NCBI GenBank assembly: GCA_016839805.1
Contig: JAEOTO010000033.1
Span: 14,242-78,241 of the forward strand
Reading direction: 5' to 3'
Length of the DNA stretch: 64,000 nucleotides
From: Candidatus Hermodarchaeota archaeon
GTDB taxonomy: Archaea; Asgardarchaeota; Hermodarchaeia; Hermodarchaeales; Hermodarchaeaceae
Part shown: positions 28,688-37,770 of the stretch, in pieces
Layout: each line of letters opens with the position of its first letter
How positions within the stretch are numbered: the first letter of the stretch is position 1
The notes under the pieces: model-generated
Databases searched by the model: none
The model's input: only the letters and a program-made list of their open reading frames with translations
Told to the model about the DNA's origin: nothing
Made by a program: the position numbers and the translations under genes

Positions 28688-30115
28688 GTGCAATCTGTGG
28701 TCGAAGTGGCAGATTTACTCTCCACCTTGAAGCACAACATCCATGAAGTAACCCTCCCAAGTGAAGAACTTTTCGAAGTTGACCTTCTGCTTGATAATCT
28801 TCGGCTATACGCTAAACGGGTTAAGGGTATTCCGTTTGACGAGGATGACTACAAAATTAAGCCACACCCATATTTTGACGGAATGGTTCTTCCGCCCCGT
28901 GAGAGAATGTACAATTCTTTGCTACGACGGCTTAAAGTCATTCTTCGGTTTAACATTACCTCATATGAAAAAGTGACGAGGGATTTATTACGTGGTCTAG
29001 TATCCGATGAAGTTGATCGGATTACAGGAAGAGAAATTCGCTTACTCACTTTGTTATATCAGCGACCCAATACTCCTCAAGCTCAAATGGCTAAAGAGTT
29101 GAATATCAGCCTCCCAACTATGCGAAAGGATATCCGGGCTCTTGAGGAAAAAATTGGTTTGCGGTTTGCCAACCTGATTGACTGGGGCCGGTTCAAATTA
29201 CGCCATTATGGAATATTCTTCATGACTGCGGATGTTAAAATTTCTCGTCGTCTTCAGAATATCTTCAATAAAGAAATGTCAACATATTTGACCAGAGCAG
29301 TTTTTGATACAACTTTTCGACGAGGATTTGTTGGTTTTAGGCTTCCTGATCAAGGAAAGCCGTTGCAACTCTTTCAAGAACAACTCGAATTTCTCAAAGA
29401 ATATCTGTTTGCGGACTGTCAGGTTCATGAAATTAAGCAATATTTCCAATCAACATGTTTTGATCACTTTGACTACGATACTAGTACATGGTTAATTGAA
29501 AGTGATGTTTCTACCTTAGGATTGTTGAATTTTGTGCGTGAGAACTGGGCGATTCTTCCTAAACCAAGAGGTTTGTCTAATACAATAGCACGTGCATTCG
29601 ATCAACTGGACTATTATTTGGCTTCATTTCTCGTTGGTGATGGAAATGCACCAATGAAAAAGATTTTAGACAGATTGAGTAGCATTGGGGTTGAAGCTCC
29701 CCGCACAACAGTTTCTACACGGAAAACTCGCCTTTTGAAAGAACGCACGATGGAGCCATATTTTTGGTTCACTACCCCACAACTACCGTTCTTTATTTCA
29801 TTCGCCGTTAAATGTGAACCTTATATTGCGGAGCAGATAGCGGTGGCGGTAGCTCAAATGCCATTGGCTTTCGCCACAGTCTCTAATATTGGATGCGTAG
29901 TAAATGTGAGTGTGCCTGCGCGAAGCCTTGGAACCATATTGAATCTTCTTTCACTTACGATTGAAGATGAGGGTGTGGAAGAGGTTTGGCAGATGCAGCA
30001 ATTTAAGAACGTTGGATCTCCTGATCCAGCTCAAATTGCGCCTAAATGGAATGGTTCGTATTGGAATTGGTCTGAAGAAGAATTCGAGATTCCTTCTCTT
30101 GGTTTAAAGTATTAG
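28688..30115 (+). CDS. Uncharacterised double-wHTH / Lrp-AsnC-like regulator, paralog 3
   Basis: ITGREIRLLTLLYQRP..QAQMAKELNISLPTMRKDIRAL; shares the N-terminal PHP motif; start uncertain (ORF track gives 28622). Confidence 0.7.
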   Translation: MQSVVEVADLLSTLKHNIHEVTLPSEELFEVDLLLDNLRLYAKRVKGIPFDEDDYKIKPHPYFDGMVLPPRERMYNSLLRRLKVILRFNITSYEKVTRDLLRGLVSDEVDRITGREIRLLTLLYQRPNTPQAQMAKELNISLPTMRKDIRALEEKIGLRFANLIDWGRFKLRHYGIFFMTADVKISRRLQNIFNKEMSTYLTRAVFDTTFRRGFVGFRLPDQGKPLQLFQEQLEFLKEYLFADCQVHEIKQYFQSTCFDHFDYDTSTWLIESDVSTLGLLNFVRENWAILPKPRGLSNTIARAFDQLDYYLASFLVGDGNAPMKKILDRLSSIGVEAPRTTVSTRKTRLLKERTMEPYFWFTTPQLPFFISFAVKCEPYIAEQIAVAVAQMPLAFATVSNIGCVVNVSVPARSLGTILNLLSLTIEDEGVEEVWQMQQFKNVGSPDPAQIAPKWNGSYWNWSEEEFEIPSLGLKY

Positions 30116-30176
30116 ATGCGTTCGGGCGAAAGGATTTTGTTTGTCTGAGTCCAAGCTATGGGTCCTTTGATACGTC

Positions 30177-31229
30177 ATGGTGGTGGTGGATGTTATCCAA
30201 ATTAAAGAATCGATTCGTGAAGGAGATTTCATTGAAACCCAAGAAGGACTCATATTCGATGTAAAGGGATTAGTGCACCCACCTAACCGGGTTATTGCTT
30301 TTCTTCGTTATTATCCATCGCCAGAGGGTAAGAGAAAACGTGACGGAATCACCTATGCTAAAGTCTATCATTTAGCTGAACGATTTGACATCCTACGAAA
30401 CCGGTATCCTCAATATCTGTATCAAGATCCGGTGTTTGGTCGGGAGGTTCAAGGGGTTCCCAATGAGAACGTAAATCGAGTTTATCGTCCCACTCAGGTG
30501 TTAGAGCACTTAAATAATTTAGAGCATCGTGATACCCTGCAACAAGATGTAGTAACCTTTGCGAACATAATCTGTGAATCTGCTCGGGTTAAGCTATCCG
30601 CCTTAGGAATCTCTGGGAGTATCCAAGTGAATTTACATGGACCTAGTTCAGATATCGACCTCATTGTGTATGGAAGACGAGCAAGTCGGGCAGTTCAACT
30701 AGCCTTACGTCGATCACACCTTGCCCCTGAACAGGGAATTACTGGATACCATTTGGATAATTATCGACAAGTGTACAATCTGAGATGGAGTGGAACTGGG
30801 ATTCCGATTGAGACTATGTTGTTAGTGGATGAATTGAAGTCCATGCACGGAATATTTGGTGGTTACCACTATTTTATACGAGCAGTCTTGGATCGTGCGG
30901 AGGCAAAGGAGAAGTATGGAGACCGTACATATCACCAACTTGGTCAGGCACGGGTACAGTGTCTGATAACAAATGATCGTGACAGCCTCTTTACCCCCTG
31001 CCGGTATGAGATAGATGAAGTGGAATTTATTGAGGGAGAGCAAGTTCAGAATATTCGTGAGATTGTGAGTTTTCGTGGACGCTTTGCAGAACAGGTAAAA
31101 CGGGATGAAAAGGTAATCGTGCAAGGGATGTTGGAAAGGGTCGAAGTAGGTAAGAAGTCATGGGTACGATTCATACTGGGTGATAGACCAACGGATATCT
31201 TAATACCAAGTAGTTTGCTTGGAGTATAG
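30177..31229 (+). CDS. Predicted archaeal nucleotidyltransferase (COG1665-like), copy 1
   Basis: DFIET.EGLIF.V.G..HPP, GISGS and SDIDLIVYG Pol-beta motif. Confidence 0.8.
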   Translation: MVVVDVIQIKESIREGDFIETQEGLIFDVKGLVHPPNRVIAFLRYYPSPEGKRKRDGITYAKVYHLAERFDILRNRYPQYLYQDPVFGREVQGVPNENVNRVYRPTQVLEHLNNLEHRDTLQQDVVTFANIICESARVKLSALGISGSIQVNLHGPSSDIDLIVYGRRASRAVQLALRRSHLAPEQGITGYHLDNYRQVYNLRWSGTGIPIETMLLVDELKSMHGIFGGYHYFIRAVLDRAEAKEKYGDRTYHQLGQARVQCLITNDRDSLFTPCRYEIDEVEFIEGEQVQNIREIVSFRGRFAEQVKRDEKVIVQGMLERVEVGKKSWVRFILGDRPTDILIPSSLLGV

Positions 31230-31247
31230 TGTGGGTGGGATTATAGG

Positions 31248-32294
31248 GTGTCGCGTCACCCAAAAGATAAGGATTTTGTGGAAACCACAGAAGGTTTGCT
31301 ATTCACAGTAGTTGGATATCTGCATCCTCCAGATGCATATACGGCTTATTTGAAGTACCGTCCAGATGCTGAAGGGAAATGGGAAAGGCAAGGCATCCAT
31401 TATCGTAGAATGATGCAAGTTTATAGTGCTGCCGAAGTTCAGTCGAGTATTAATTGGCTCCAGGAAAACCATCCTGAATATGTCTCACTTGATAGGGTTC
31501 GGGGCTTTGAATTAACGTTAGTACCCTGGAAGAATATTATTGCTTACTATTTGCCTGAAGTTCGACTTGTAGAGATAATAGGAGACCCGCAGGATCCATT
31601 AGAATCAAAGACCAGCGCCCTCGTCTCATTACTTTCTGAGGCTAGTGGAGTGCCCACGAACCGGTTTGGCATTACAGGTTCATTACTATTAGGGCTTCAT
31701 AATCCAATGTTCTCTGATATCGACTTACTGGTTTATGGCCGGGAAAATGCTGAACAAGTCCGTGATTCTATGGATCAAATGTTTGGTGAGAATAAGGTCA
31801 AGCCATATTCACCAGACGAGATTAGAGGATGGCAGTATCGCCAAGTGCAAACATTGGGTATTCCAGACGAATTTGAAGAGCAGATAGCCTGGTCTTACTG
31901 GCAGCGAGGTCGTTTCAACCAAACAGCGTTTTCTATTAATCCTGTATGTACTGATGCGGAGATAATGGTTGAATATGGACAGGAAACCTATTCTTCGGTT
32001 GGTCCAGTTGAATTCACAGCGACAATCATGGAGGATCAAGGAAGCCTTTTCATTCCTGCTCGATACTTGGTAGGTGATATTACGATGGAATTAGGTGATA
32101 TTGAACTCCCCGCGTTGACCGATGTCTTGTCATTTGAGGGCATATTTTCAGCGGTCTTTAATAAAGGCGACCAGGTTCGCATTCGAGGGACAGCTGAAGC
32201 GGTTCGAGATAAGGAAGGTAATATCATCCGGAACCAAGTAGTTGTGGGATCGTTATCTACTCAAGGATGGATTATTCGTCTCCCATCATCCTGA
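31248..32294 (+). CDS. Predicted archaeal nucleotidyltransferase (COG1665-like), copy 2
   Basis: DFVET.EGLLF.V.G..HPP, GITGS and SDIDLLVYG. Confidence 0.8.
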   Translation: MSRHPKDKDFVETTEGLLFTVVGYLHPPDAYTAYLKYRPDAEGKWERQGIHYRRMMQVYSAAEVQSSINWLQENHPEYVSLDRVRGFELTLVPWKNIIAYYLPEVRLVEIIGDPQDPLESKTSALVSLLSEASGVPTNRFGITGSLLLGLHNPMFSDIDLLVYGRENAEQVRDSMDQMFGENKVKPYSPDEIRGWQYRQVQTLGIPDEFEEQIAWSYWQRGRFNQTAFSINPVCTDAEIMVEYGQETYSSVGPVEFTATIMEDQGSLFIPARYLVGDITMELGDIELPALTDVLSFEGIFSAVFNKGDQVRIRGTAEAVRDKEGNIIRNQVVVGSLSTQGWIIRLPSS

Positions 32295-32392
32295 TGTTTC
32301 GCGTTTTTTTATGACCGTATCAGTTTTGAGTAAGAATTTTATTAGTGGACAGAGTCTAACGGTTGCAACCGATAGTGGAGTGATGAATTCTT

Positions 32393-32791
32393 ATGCCTAG
32401 CTTGGAAGTCGTATTGTTAACAGGTCGAACTCGACGACAGGGTGTAGGTCTTGAAGTAGGAAAATTGAGTGAGATATACTTTGAAGCAACAACGCAGATT
32501 CGTCTTGATCCTAAGGACCTTGAAAAGCTGAAAATCGAACCTGGTGATATCGTCGAAGTAACGACGGACCATGGCACCGTTGTGCTTCGAGCTGAGCAGG
32601 CACCCCGAGCTAGTGAAGGAATGGGCTTCATACCTTATGGACCATGGGCTAACTGTGTCATCGGCGGAGATACAGATAGCACAGGTATGCCCACAATGAA
32701 AGGATTGAAGGCAACTGTTACTCCAGCGCCCGATAAACAGGTGTTAAGCCTTCAGGAATTATTTGCAGAGATGCGCAGCGCTGCTAAATAG
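32393..32791 (+). CDS. fwdD: Formylmethanofuran dehydrogenase subunit D
   Basis: LLTGRT..QG, FIPYGPWAN and TDSTGMP..KG. Confidence 0.9.
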   Translation: MPSLEVVLLTGRTRRQGVGLEVGKLSEIYFEATTQIRLDPKDLEKLKIEPGDIVEVTTDHGTVVLRAEQAPRASEGMGFIPYGPWANCVIGGDTDSTGMPTMKGLKATVTPAPDKQVLSLQELFAEMRSAAK

Positions 32792-32824
32792 GTTGGTTTG
32801 GTTCAATTCAGATAGGGTAATTTC

Positions 32825-35008
32825 ATGATAACGATAATCATACTAGGTGTGGCGATATTCGCTGGGTTGCTCGCAATTCTAGTGGCGTTCATTTTCTTTC
32901 GATTAGTGATGCGAAGTGATGAAGGTAATGAACGTATGCGCGAAGTCAGTCAGCTGATTGAGGAGGGAGCACATTCCTTTCTCAGTATTCAATACCGTGT
33001 GCTCGCAGGCTTTGTCGTTGTGATGGCGATAATCATTACTCTTGCTGAGTTCTTTTTTAGTGGAACGGGGCTAGCCTCCGTTGCACTGGCAGTTGCCATT
33101 TCGTTTGTGATTGGTGCATTTGCTAGTATGACAGCTGGTTACGTAGGAATGGCGGTGGCAACCAAGGCCAATCGTCGGACTGCAGCTGCTGCCGCTGCTG
33201 GGGGATTAAATCCGGCTTTTCGTGTAGCCTTCCGTGCTGGTTCGGTAATGGGATTAATCATTAGTGGTATCGCCTTGATTGGAATTGGAGGGTTGTTTCT
33301 TACTTGGAATGTCATTTTCCCCTATTTCGGTCCCGTTGCCTTATGGGAGATTATCGCTGGTTTTTCCTTTGGTGCAAGTAGCATCGCTCTCTTCGCTCGA
33401 GCGGGTGGTGGTATTTACACTAAAACTGCTGATGTAGCAGCTGATATTGTGGGAAAAATCGAACAAAACATTCCTGAAGACGACCCGCGTAATCCTGCTG
33501 CAATAGCAGATGCAGTCGGAGACAATGTCGGCGACGTTGCTGGAACGGGAGCTGATATCTTTGATAGCAATATCGCTGCGATTCTTGCGGCAGCCATTCT
33601 TGGGGCTTCCATTGATCTCGTTTTGATCTTAAATGGTATCATTACGCCGATTCCTTACGGTTTAATTCCGCTGATCATAGCAGCTCTCGGGGCGTTAGCG
33701 TCAGTGGCAGGTGTTTTTGCTGTTCGGACACATGATTATTGTGAACCTGATTGTTCACTGAACCGTGGAACCTACTTTGCTACTATTCTCTTTGCTATTC
33801 TTGTTGTAATCGTTCTATTCTTACTCCAGATACCCATCGTGATTGCCATTTCCGGCGTACTGGGGCTTTTAACCGGAGTACTCATTGGTTTTGTGTCAGC
33901 TGTGTTTACCAGCGATTATGGAGCGGGACGATTCCAACCGGTTCAGAGCATGGTCCGATCATCGGAAACCAGTCCTGCCACTCTTGTGTTATCCGGTTAT
34001 TCCTATGGCTTGCTCAGTACGATTCCATCTGTTGTTGGGATTGTTATTGCGCTGGTTGCATCGTTTGTCCTTGGAGCTCTGATTCCTGTTCCGGGTAATA
34101 TTGGGTTCTGGCAAGCGGGAGTATTTTCTGTGGCTATTGCGGCTGTTGGCTTGCTTGCAACCAATGGTCTTGTAGTGAGTTCTGATGCTTATGGGCCAAT
34201 TGTTGACAACGCCCGTGGGATTATCGAACAATCAGGAGCCCCGGAGGAAGCTATTGAAGCATGTGATAAGCTTGATGCTTTAGGGAATACGACGAAGGCG
34301 ATAACGAAGGGTTTTGCCATTGGAGCGACAGGATTCACGGTAATTGCACTTTTTGCCGCGTATATTCAACTTGCCTCTAATATGACTGGAGGGATTATCT
34401 TCATTGATTTGCTAAATCCCGTCGTACTTGCGGGAGCCTTGATCGGTGGAATTTTGCCAGCGGGTTTCTCTGCTGCATTGATTCTTGGTGTCCAAAAAAA
34501 TGCAGATAAACTCATCCGGGAGATTCGACGTCAATTCCGAGAAGACCCAGGTATACTCGAAGGCACAGCAACCCCTGATTACGATCGTGGCATCAAAATT
34601 GCGACAGCAGGTGCGCTTCGGGAACTTCTTCCAGCAACCATTGCCGCGATTGTCGTCACTATTATTACGGGCGTCGTGTTGGGATTAGAAGCCTTGGCCG
34701 CGTATCTAGCAGGAGCGGTGATTACTGGATTGATCCTCGCGCTGTTCATGGATAATGCTGGGGGAGCTTGGGATAATACAAAGAAATTCATCGAATCGCC
34801 AGAATACAATCATGACCGAGAAGATTATCACATCGTTCATTCCGCTGCGATAACGGGTGACACTATTGGTGATCCCTTCAAGGACACGGCAGGCCCATCA
34901 ATCAATACGTTGTTGACTGTAATCTCACTTACAGCAACCCTCTTCCTACCACTAATTTTTGCTGGTCATCTTTGGATTCAAAGCCTTATCCTCATTCTAA
35001 TCCCATGA
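32825..35008 (+). CDS. hppA: Membrane-bound ion-translocating pyrophosphatase, K+-independent type
   Basis: GGGIYTK.ADV.AD.VGK.E..IPEDDPRNPA, DAYGPI.DNA, GNTTKA and GDPFKDTAGP. Confidence 0.95.
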   Translation: MITIIILGVAIFAGLLAILVAFIFFRLVMRSDEGNERMREVSQLIEEGAHSFLSIQYRVLAGFVVVMAIIITLAEFFFSGTGLASVALAVAISFVIGAFASMTAGYVGMAVATKANRRTAAAAAAGGLNPAFRVAFRAGSVMGLIISGIALIGIGGLFLTWNVIFPYFGPVALWEIIAGFSFGASSIALFARAGGGIYTKTADVAADIVGKIEQNIPEDDPRNPAAIADAVGDNVGDVAGTGADIFDSNIAAILAAAILGASIDLVLILNGIITPIPYGLIPLIIAALGALASVAGVFAVRTHDYCEPDCSLNRGTYFATILFAILVVIVLFLLQIPIVIAISGVLGLLTGVLIGFVSAVFTSDYGAGRFQPVQSMVRSSETSPATLVLSGYSYGLLSTIPSVVGIVIALVASFVLGALIPVPGNIGFWQAGVFSVAIAAVGLLATNGLVVSSDAYGPIVDNARGIIEQSGAPEEAIEACDKLDALGNTTKAITKGFAIGATGFTVIALFAAYIQLASNMTGGIIFIDLLNPVVLAGALIGGILPAGFSAALILGVQKNADKLIREIRRQFREDPGILEGTATPDYDRGIKIATAGALRELLPATIAAIVVTIITGVVLGLEALAAYLAGAVITGLILALFMDNAGGAWDNTKKFIESPEYNHDREDYHIVHSAAITGDTIGDPFKDTAGPSINTLLTVISLTATLFLPLIFAGHLWIQSLILILIP

Positions 35009-35039
35009 ATCTATAATAAACTAAATGCTCATTTCAATG

Positions 35040-36455
35040 TTAGATATCGCCCTCTTTGATGAGCCATCGTTGACGGCTTTCATCCCATCGAGTATAGGTG
35101 TCAACTGCCGAGGGTGTGCCGATGTTATCTCCCCGGCGAACAGCTACTACGTCCGTCACACCAGAGTAATTGCTCAAAGCCTGTACAAGCTGACCGGTGA
35201 TTGCTCCACAGCGACTGGGTTGATGGAAGGAGATGAAGACTCCGGAATCAAGAATGGAAATAAAGGAATATGGCAAAAGGGAGGGTAAAAGAGCAACTTG
35301 ATCACGGATTTCGTTGTTGCATTGAACAAGTAGTGTAACAAAGGATTCGAAAAACGGCGCTTCGTAATAGACCATAGGCGCGTGGATTTCTTCGTTGCGA
35401 AATCGGAGAAGTTTTGCCCAGATAGTTTTTTTGGACAGTTCGAATCCGCGTTTATCTAGTTCCTTCTTGATGAACTCGATGTTTAATGGTCGTACATGGT
35501 TGCGTGCTAGTTGTCCAAGCAGAAAATCTAGTTGGCTAAAATGCATAGGTTCAGAATATTTCAATCCATGGGGTTTGGGGATAGAATAACTATGAGATTG
35601 GATAAATTGCAGCATGGCTTCTGAGACGAGTGGAGAATCGCATATCCATGAATTAGATTTAGTATCATAGGCATCAAATGACATAGTATAGGCGGCGTCG
35701 AGAGTCCTCGCGATTGTCAAATCTTGAAAAAACGCATTCTGAAGCCAGGTTAATCTTTGATTAAACAACTGGTGTCCTTTGGGTTGATCTGGAATTGTGA
35801 AAGTCATGAACCCAATACGATAGTCTTCATCAAAGGTGAAAGCTCTTAGAAACAGAGGTCGTTCGCGCTGGATAAATTGCACTAATTCCTTTGAGTGGTC
35901 AAGTGATTTTGTGCGAAAGATTATGAGCATATGCGCGAGTTTGAATTTATGATAATCAAGAAAATTTGCGACGGTAAAACCAAAGTAACGGCGAAGATCC
36001 TCTAACTCTTTTCGAATGGTGCGAGGAGTTGAATTAACTTTTCTCGCTAATTGGCTACTAGGAATAACAGGGTCATCATAGAGGTGAAGTAGAAGTCGAA
36101 CTTTTCGTGGAGACAACCTGAGTTCTAGTGGATAGGGAGGTAAGTAGGAGAAGGCTGTCATGATGTCGATGATTCGGTGAACATCAGTTATTTCGTACCG
36201 TTCGATTAGATCAAGTCGTTGTTCAAAGAAATCAGCTAACTCAGGGCTAGAATCTAGGTGCGCAGCAAAGGAAATGCGAGGATGTGGAGGAGGAAACTTT
36301 TCAGAATCAGGAATCGGTTCGCCTCGAGCCTTTTTGATGAATAAGAGAGCATTTGCTAAAAAGAGTTCAAGACTTTTCCTATCTCCTTTAGGCTGAGCCT
36401 TCCGAATAATGCGATTCGTTCGTTCTTCCAGTGACGTCTCTGAAACAAGCTTCAT
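35040..36455 (-). CDS. Uncharacterised double-wHTH / Lrp-AsnC-like regulator, paralog 4
   Basis: LSPRKVRLLLHLYDDP..SSQLARKVNSTPRTIRKEL; ends RWDESRQRWLIKEGDI like paralog 2. Confidence 0.7.
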   Translation of the reverse strand: MKLVSETSLEERTNRIIRKAQPKGDRKSLELFLANALLFIKKARGEPIPDSEKFPPPHPRISFAAHLDSSPELADFFEQRLDLIERYEITDVHRIIDIMTAFSYLPPYPLELRLSPRKVRLLLHLYDDPVIPSSQLARKVNSTPRTIRKELEDLRRYFGFTVANFLDYHKFKLAHMLIIFRTKSLDHSKELVQFIQRERPLFLRAFTFDEDYRIGFMTFTIPDQPKGHQLFNQRLTWLQNAFFQDLTIARTLDAAYTMSFDAYDTKSNSWICDSPLVSEAMLQFIQSHSYSIPKPHGLKYSEPMHFSQLDFLLGQLARNHVRPLNIEFIKKELDKRGFELSKKTIWAKLLRFRNEEIHAPMVYYEAPFFESFVTLLVQCNNEIRDQVALLPSLLPYSFISILDSGVFISFHQPSRCGAITGQLVQALSNYSGVTDVVAVRRGDNIGTPSAVDTYTRWDESRQRWLIKEGDI

Positions 36456-36939
36456 TAAAGAAATTCAAGGAATTTTCCTTGTTAAAAAGGTCATTAAACT
36501 GGCAAGAGAAACAAGCTGAAATTACTATGCGAAAGCCTAAACCTCTACAGAGAGTGGCGTAGATTACTAGAAAACGGAGATTAATGCGGATTAAATTAAT
36601 AAAAAACCGCTGTTTAGTCATATTTTCTCAAAAAATAGTTATTAAACCACTCAATCGCGAATTCAATACCTATTGGGAGTCTATTACCCGATTTTTATAC
36701 TCTTCCAGGATTAATTCGTATTAGTCCTAATGTTTGGAACTACTGTTGGACAACGCGTACAAAACAGAAGTCAGGATCTATGGCGGAATAGGTTGGGTTA
36801 CTACCAGCCAATCGGAAGGGAATTTCAAAGCCATTAGTGAATTTACCTATTCTAAATTAACAGTCTAAGATTTTTTAGAAAGAGGGAAAAAGTACCCGTG
36901 ATAAATTTTGGACACAAGTAACTTATGAAGTGAATAACT

Positions 36940-37224
36940 ATGTCATTATCAAACCAATCTCAATATAACATTTCACCCTATGTCAATCAACTCCAACTGT
37001 CCTCTAATACACAAAAACGCGCTGAAGCCATTCTCTTTGACGTGGACCGAGCAGGTCTAACATCTAGGAAAACTCCTGAAAGCCTCATTGCAGCGGCACT
37101 CTATATTGCATGTATCTTAGAAGATGAACGGCGGACTCAGAAGAAGATTGGTCAGGTAACAGGGGTTTCACCACAGACGATTCAAACACGCTACAGGCAA
37201 CTCGTCCATGAACTTGAAATTTGA
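36940..37224 (+). CDS. Stand-alone TFB/TFIIB C-terminal cyclin-repeat protein, copy 1
   Basis: GLTSRKTPESLIAAALYIAC...RRTQKKIGQVTGVS..TIQTRYRQL matches the second TFB repeat. Confidence 0.85.
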   Translation: MSLSNQSQYNISPYVNQLQLSSNTQKRAEAILFDVDRAGLTSRKTPESLIAAALYIACILEDERRTQKKIGQVTGVSPQTIQTRYRQLVHELEI

Positions 37225-37334
37225 TCGGGCTAGCCTCTTATTTAATGTGTTCTGAGAAGTAAGTGGTCATGTGACCTAGAAATCCAAGCCCTTATAAGCA
37301 GCGTGAAGCGAACTTTTTCTGAGGTTTATCAATT

Positions 37335-37628
37335 ATACCTCAAATTTCTCAGACTCATCTCGATATTTCTGATTATAGTAATCGACTTGATTTTTCTCCC
37401 TCAACACAGTCACAAGCAGAAGATATCCTCTTGAAGATCCGGGAATCGCAAATTAATTTAAAAAAATCCCCTAACACCCTTATTGCAGTAGCCCTCTATA
37501 TTGCGGGTATCTTAGAAAACGAGCCCCGAACAATGGCTCAAATCAGTCAGGTCACTGGTGTGTCCCAAGGTACGATTCAAAAACGGAAGACCGAGATTGT
37601 TCGTGAGCTTGGAATTCGAAGAGAATAA
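37335..37628 (+). CDS. Stand-alone TFB/TFIIB C-terminal cyclin-repeat protein, copy 2 (probable ATA start)
   Basis: KSPNTLIAVALYIA...RTMAQISQVTGVS..TIQKR; homology to copy 1 extends 32 codons upstream of the called TTG. Confidence 0.8.
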   Translation: MPQISQTHLDISDYSNRLDFSPSTQSQAEDILLKIRESQINLKKSPNTLIAVALYIAGILENEPRTMAQISQVTGVSQGTIQKRKTEIVRELGIRRE

Positions 37629-37770
37629 CTAGGTCAGGATTATATTCCGAGTTGGAAAACTTGGAACCCCCTCTTTTTCTTATTGACACTTGGTCAGGGC
37701 GAACCGCTTAAATGACAGAACCACAATGTACATTTACACCGGAGCTAAGGTGCTAATTGAGGTTCAAGGT

